Below, piece by piece: positions 58,291-64,000 of a stretch of DNA of 64,000 nt (within the stretch, counting starts at the first letter, position 1; the number at the start of each line of letters is the position of its first letter). The position numbers and the translations under genes were made by a program. Source of the stretch: the human T2T-CHM13v2.0 reference genome, Homo sapiens. The notes under the pieces were generated by a model. That model had not been told where the DNA came from, searched no databases, and saw only the letters and a program-made list of their open reading frames with translations. The stretch is from the NCBI RefSeq assembly GCF_009914755.1, contig NC_060927.1. One strand, given 5' to 3'.

Positions 58291-59149
58291 CTTACTTCAC
58301 AGTTCTGAAAGCATGGCAAGTCATGCATGAAGTCCTGTTGATTCTCTATTTTTCAGAATCATAAATTAATGTTCATGTCATTGATTCAAGGTCCAGTGCT
58401 CACAGAATAACAACAAATTTTTGTCAGGTGACAAATCAATTACTGATTGGCTTGGAACAGATTTTCTCAAGTGTTTCACTAAACTTCTACTTGCAGAAGA
58501 AAATAACATTCTTACTAAGTATAGTTGTGCTTGGAACTTCACAGAAAGAAAGTCTTTATATAAGATCATCAAAGTGTCTATATTACAATTCACTTAGTAC
58601 CATTGGCCATATTTATAAGTTGATTGGATATGAATTGGCTGCTATTTTCTAGAGTTTGTCATTAGACCAACTGTCTCACAGTCTGGTTATCTCCATCATA
58701 CAGATACCTCCAAGAAATTATTCTATGTTCACCCAAATTTTAAAACAAAAATATAAGTAGTAATAGTAATAAACCCTACAAATGTGATTGTATTGTCTGC
58801 ACTATATATCACTCTCAATCTTTGTAGATACTACATTCTGATTTAACAGTGGAATGTTTCTTTTAGCTGATATATAGAGTAATAGGTATAGAAAACTCTA
58901 ACACTGACTTTTTCCTACCTTTCTGTTTCTGTGAATCAATGGGATTGTTTTCTTTTTCTCTTTTCTGGTGTCTCCCTCAACATTAGAAAAAGCTTGTCAG
59001 TTGTAAAATTGTAGCATGTAGAAGATGGAAAGGATTTTAGGAGCCCTACATATTTGTTTTCTTATTTCAAAAATAAGAAACATGAGGCTCAGAGCAGTAA
59101 AGGGACTTGCTCAAAGTCATAAAGTGTGTGGTAAGGTGTTAATAATAGT

Positions 59150-59500
59150 TATAATAGTTAACATTTATTGATCATTCACTAGGTGTATTGCTTAATCCAT
59201 TATAGGTATTGTCTTACTTAAACCTTCCAAACATGCTTGTTGCTTGTCTATCTTGTTCACTCCTATATTCCCAGCACCTGGAAGAGTTCCTTGCACAGAG
59301 TAGGTACTCAATAAGTACTTGTTGAAAAGATAAATGAGTGACAATGTTAACAATGAGAGAACATCATATCCCCATTTTACAGATAATGACACTGAGGCTT
59401 AAAAAGGTTAAGTAATTAGTATGAGATTATATAGCTAATAATTGGCAGTATAGAGTCACATCAAGTGTAAGTGACTCTGGGATCCTAGTTCTTAACCTCC
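59150..59500. mobile_element. MIR with an embedded L2 3' tip (about 59235-59340)
   Basis: 'cccattttacagat...actgaggct' and 'gtaggtactcaataagtacttgttga'. Confidence 0.65.
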
Positions 59501-60850
59501 TTGAAGGGCTACCTCTGGGTTTGTGGCCTAGGTAGGGCTACAATTTGTAAAAACATGCATTATGAACATTTATTTGTACATTATTGGATTTAATTTCCTA
59601 GGGCACCCAAGTTGTAATGAGTTTTCCTCACTTTTTTGAATGAGGTAGGAAGTGAGAAATGAAATGACCTTATCCCATTACTAAAATACCCACCAGGTGA
59701 TGCAAACAATTCATTTGAAATATTCTGTTTTGTATGAAAATAGTCAAAAGATAAATTTGACCACTGATGCTATTATGTTTGAATAAAATGATAGAAGCAG
59801 GAATGTGTTTTATACCACTGGGAATTCGGCAATTGGGAAAACATAATTTATAATATAAAGCTCAAGTTCCTGACATTGTAGGCTTCCAATAATCAGATTT
59901 CAAACCGCTCAGCTGATTTCACAAACTTTTTATACTGGTCTGCCTGTTTCTCACGAAGTGTCATAATTCATTTCTGCCCTCCCCTAGGGTTCACTCCTTC
60001 ACTGGAATGTTCTCATCACTCTTTATCTTTTTGTCTTTTCTCATGTTCTAGCAGGCTTGTTCAATTATTCCCTTCTTTAAAAAGCCTTCCTGAAATGCCT
60101 TCAGCCACAGGCAGCTGTCCCTCTTTTGAACAATCATGACACTAATCATTTCACATTTAATCACAGTCTCATATGGAGTTGTCTTTTACTTTCCAGGCTT
60201 GACTGCTGCTCTGTACAAATGGATGGCAAAGTCTGCAAGAGAATGCATTGCGTTTTGCACTCTCCATCATCAGAGCACAGTACCTTACATATGGTGATGG
60301 CTCAATTGATATCTGCTGAGAAGGCAAGAGAATTGGATAAAAAACATTATAATACTGTTACAAGAAATATTTTTCTGCTTGCTTTGTTTTATAAATTATA
60401 AATCTTCAGCATGACAAGCTTTGAAATGTAGGCTTCCACCTTATAAAGAACAGGAAAATGAATTTAATATCTGTTTCCTTTTCATCTTTACTGTTAGATA
60501 ATAATTTATGTGGTTTAGTGCTTAGAACTTGAAACTGAGTTCTATCTTTTATGCATTCTGTCGACCTGACTAATTTGTGGCTCTCTCCCGATTTATGTCT
60601 CAATTTCCCACTCTGTTTTCATAAACAACAATAAATGTGTCCTTAGAGGAGATCTGTGAAATATAATTTGTGTTTTGGGAGGCCTTTGGGACATTTGTGT
60701 GAAAGTGTGTAAAATGCAAATTATCATTGTGGATTCTTATACCTTCATTTGCATGTGTTGTTTCTAGTGCAATTCTGAAGGCTGGGAATGTTTTCATCAC
60801 TTTATCCGAAAAGATTCAACCAAATTGTTTCCTCATAAGGAGGTTGATCC

Positions 60851-61311
60851 ATTTGCGTCATGCAAATCAGGTTTTCATTTTCTGGTCAATTCTTAAAATT
60901 GACTGTAGCCAAAATGTTAATTATCAACATAGTAAACCATGGGCAACCCAGAACACTGTCACTTGCACAAGCAACAAAGTGGAAAATTCTCAGTGCCCTG
61001 AACCTTTTTACAGCCCCTGTGAGTGACAATCGCTAGCATTTTGGTTAAATCTCAGGCTTTCTGTAAGAAATCACAGCAGGCGATTGCTTTTAAGAAAGAA
61101 GTCCTGAGGCTCTCAGCTCAACTAGTCAGGTAAAATCTCTTCCCTCAGAGCCTCAGGCCTGCCAATTAGTATCTGACATGGCTGCCAAGGAAACGCCGAT
61201 GCTCAGAGTCCTGATTATTGCCCTCCTCTGAGCAAGAACCCAGTGAAAAAAATGTTTGGCAATTAGCTCAAGCCAAAGAGGCTCAAAACTTGTCTTCCTT
61301 TTTCACTAAAG
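60851..61311 (+). promoter_or_regulatory. Candidate promoter/enhancer in unique sequence
   Basis: ATTTGCGTCATGCAAAT (octamer, 60851-60867), X-box-like GCTGCCAAGGAAAC (61181-61194), several TGCCAA/TTGGCA half-sites; motif matches only. Confidence 0.3.
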
Positions 61312-61356
61312 ACCAGGATGATAATGAAGGAAGCTTCAGTAATTAGCGCACAACAG
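61312..61356 (+). other. Candidate 45-nt exon carrying an ATG
   Basis: cttcctttttcactaaag|ACCAGGATG...CAG|gtaaga; ATG at 61318 with A at -3; MIMKEASVISAQQ open to the donor. Confidence 0.45.
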
Positions 61357-61794
61357 GTAAGATATTTCTCTTCACTTTAAGTCCTTCTTTATATGAGAGT
61401 AAGGTCAAATGAAAACTTGTCATGGAAAAGATAATAGTATGAAAAGTTAAGGGACTTGCACCTTAATAGGCCTGGGGGGTACATAGCGATACTAGGAACT
61501 GCCTTTTCATGAATTTCTGGGAATTTAGTGACATGGTACTAATCCTATATTTCAGAACTGGGTTCCTGTGTGGCTGTTTAAAGAACGGGAAAAACCAATG
61601 TCTATTGAGTGTTATTCACTGTGCTATATTCTTTTCATGCATAGACAATCTTTAAAATTTCCCAATGAAATAGGTACTATCCAGTATCATTTTACTGGCT
61701 GGGAAATGGGCAAGGAATTACTGATAATTATACTTAATGGTTTTTCTTTTTACCTTTTAAAAAACTTAAGCATGCATTTAAAGAACTGTAAAAA

Positions 61795-62742
61795 TGATGC
61801 AGGAGTTTTCTCGACCGCTTTATTGGACTTGCGACTGGGGGCCCTGAATACTGGGCCCGCTGTGTTCAACCTCTTGCAATGTCTTGCAGGAGGGAGCCCG
61901 TGAGTGAGCGAGTCCCGAATTCAGCCAGCCACTTTGGGTGCTGGCAGGAGCAGGCTTTGTGTGGACCCCATGGCCAGATCAGGTATGAGTGATGAAGTGA
62001 GGGATCCAGCCAGCTGCTTTGGGTGGCAGGAGCATGCTCCATGCAGACCTTGCAGTGGCACCCAAGGCGGGGTGCCTGCAAGCACCGAAGCCCCAGAGGC
62101 CACGTTACAATGCTATCTTATCTCTGCTGTTCATGGACAGCAGTGTGTTATCAGCTCAGTGGGCCCCTTGCCTTGTGGTGTGGGGTGGCTGCTCTCCGCC
62201 AGACAGGACAAAGGGCCAGTGGGACAGCCCTTTTTGGGTACCTGCACTCAATGAGTCCTGAACTCTTGTCCGATGGTCCAACAAAAATTAGGTCACATGG
62301 ACCACTTGATGGATGGTGGAGGTGGAGAATTTTATTTAGTGATGCAAATGGCTCTCAGCAGAGAGGGGAGATGGAGAGGATGGGCAGATAATCTTCCCTG
62401 AATTCTGGCCATCTCGGGCCGGCTCCTCTGAAGTCCAGCCATCCCTCTGAAATCAAGTCACCTCTCTCCAGTCAAGCCACTTCTCCCTCTCTACTGACTG
62501 AGTCTGGAGTGTTTATAGACACAGGATGGATGGCAAGGCAGGCCATAGGTAGTTTTCGAAAAGGCAACATTCAATTAGTAAAAAGACATTATTCAACAAC
62601 AACCAATTGGGAGAGAGCAGACAAACAGGGATAGTAGGTCTCACTTTGGGCCACGGGTTTTAGGCTTTTCAGCTCAAAGGTGGGGTTTTGCTGGAGACCT
62701 ACCTCTGTCTGCCTAGAATTTCTCTGCCTCCTGCATCTATCG
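61795..62742 (-). mobile_element. ERV1 solo LTR of the LTR27/LTR28/MER52 group
   Basis: About 950-bp GC-richer block; minus strand starts 'gatagatgcaggaggcagagaaattctaggcagac' and ends in 'gcatca'. Confidence 0.75.
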
Positions 62743-63026
62743 GAAATAATGACTAAACTTTGACAAAACTGTTAGAGAAATTTTGGAGGTGGTAGCAAAT
62801 TGATCAATTATATGAGACAGACTTTAAATTTTATGTCAGGGCACATGAAGATAAGCCAAAAAATAGTGAGGATGAAAAGGGAATTAAACATGAAAAGAGA
62901 AAAGTTTCCATGGATTTATCAAACAGAAGTACTAGAAGTCACAATAAGCTATTTTCAACATGGAAGTGCCTAAAGTAGCAAGTTTTGTAAAGTAGAAAAT
63001 ATACCAGGAAAAGTTGTTAAGTACTT

Positions 63027-63462
63027 TGTATTAGTCAGGGTTCTGCTAGAGGGACAGAACTAAGAGGGACAGAAATAAACTGAAAATTTATTAAGTATTA
63101 ACTCACACAAACACAAGGTCCCACAATAGGCTATCTGCAAGCTGAAGAGCAAGGAGAGTCAGTCCGATTCCCAAAACTGAAGAACTTGGAGTCCGATGTT
63201 TGAGGGCAGGAAGCATACAGCATGGAAGAAAGATGTAGGCTGGGAGGCTAGCCCCATCTCTCATTTTCACTTTTTTCTGCAGGCTTTATCTTTGCTGTAA
63301 GCTGATTAGATTGTGCCCACCCAGCTTAAGGGTGGGTCTGCCTTTCCCAGCCCACTGACTCAAATGTTAATCTCTTTTGGGCAACTCCCACAGAGACAAA
63401 CCCAGGATAAATACTTTGTATCCCTCAACCCAGTCAAGTGACACTCAGTATTAACCATCACA
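63027..63462 (-). mobile_element. MLT2A-type LTR (3' LTR of HERV-L)
   Basis: Minus strand TGTGATGGTTAATACTGAGTGTC...CCCTGACTAATACA. Confidence 0.9.
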
Positions 63463-64000
63463 AGTCTACCCCTTGTCAGCTTGAACCCATACATATCTCC
63501 TGAGATCACACATAATCTTCAAATAAAGACAATAATGAGGTCATAATTTTGCCTAACATAATACAATTATTCTTCGTACAACCAGAAATGCACCAATCCC
63601 CAACCCAAATACTATTACATAAAGTTAACAATACTTAAATGCTGATATGAAGTCAACAAATCTTATGTCACATGATAAAGGAAAAGGAAATAAAATGAAG
63701 ATATTTTCTTAGTACAAGTGTATATATGACAAATATCTTTTTGAACAAAAGAAGGAGGAAATATTCATGACAATTGCAGTCCTCATTTCTGCAGCTGGTC
63801 ATGTGGTCATAGCTGGTTTTGATGACTGCCTTTTTCCACTACCCATTCTGTATCCCCTTTGCCTTCATCAAGCATCTCAGCAGGTCACAGTTTTTTTCTT
63901 GGTGGAGTCACCTAAACCTTCATACCTGAAGGGTCTGGACCATTTGTAGTCCTGCCTGGATTGCGCTGTTGTAGTTTCCCATTGACCTTAATCACAGGGC
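63463..64000 (-). mobile_element. HERV-L internal region, 3' end (continues beyond window)
   Basis: Polypurine tract acaaggggtagact abuts the LTR on the minus strand; ERVL-like internal sequence follows. Confidence 0.85.

Noticed and set aside
61866-62391. Cluster of longer ORFs (up to 122 aa)
   Set aside because: They lie inside a GC-rich ERV1 LTR where stops are naturally rare.

Overview
AT-rich human genomic DNA; a human-lineage AluYb8 at 44224-44525 identifies the species. Much of the window is interspersed repeats (Alu, L1, L2, MIR, L3/CR1, MaLR/ERVL/ERV1 LTRs, MER5, MER1, Tigger3). None of the supplied ORFs is a credible stand-alone gene. The main result is a manually reconstructed chain of 17 plus-strand exon remnants between 138 and 33441. 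They have AG/GT boundaries (one donor has decayed to AT), and their intron phases join end to end into 556 codons if two 1-nt frameshifts are allowed. The chain carries about 17 premature stops. The spliced conceptual product resembles a divergent Dbl-homology/PH RhoGEF, possibly with two DH-like domains before an ECT2/ECT2L-like DH-PH end. It therefore looks like an intron-containing dead gene whose 5' end lies upstream of the window. I could not name it. The window also contains a candidate ATG-bearing exon and promoter near 61.3 kb, two old local duplications, several structurally unusual Alus and the 3' end of a HERV-L provirus. All repeat family calls come from recalled consensus sequences, and old-repeat boundaries are approximate.
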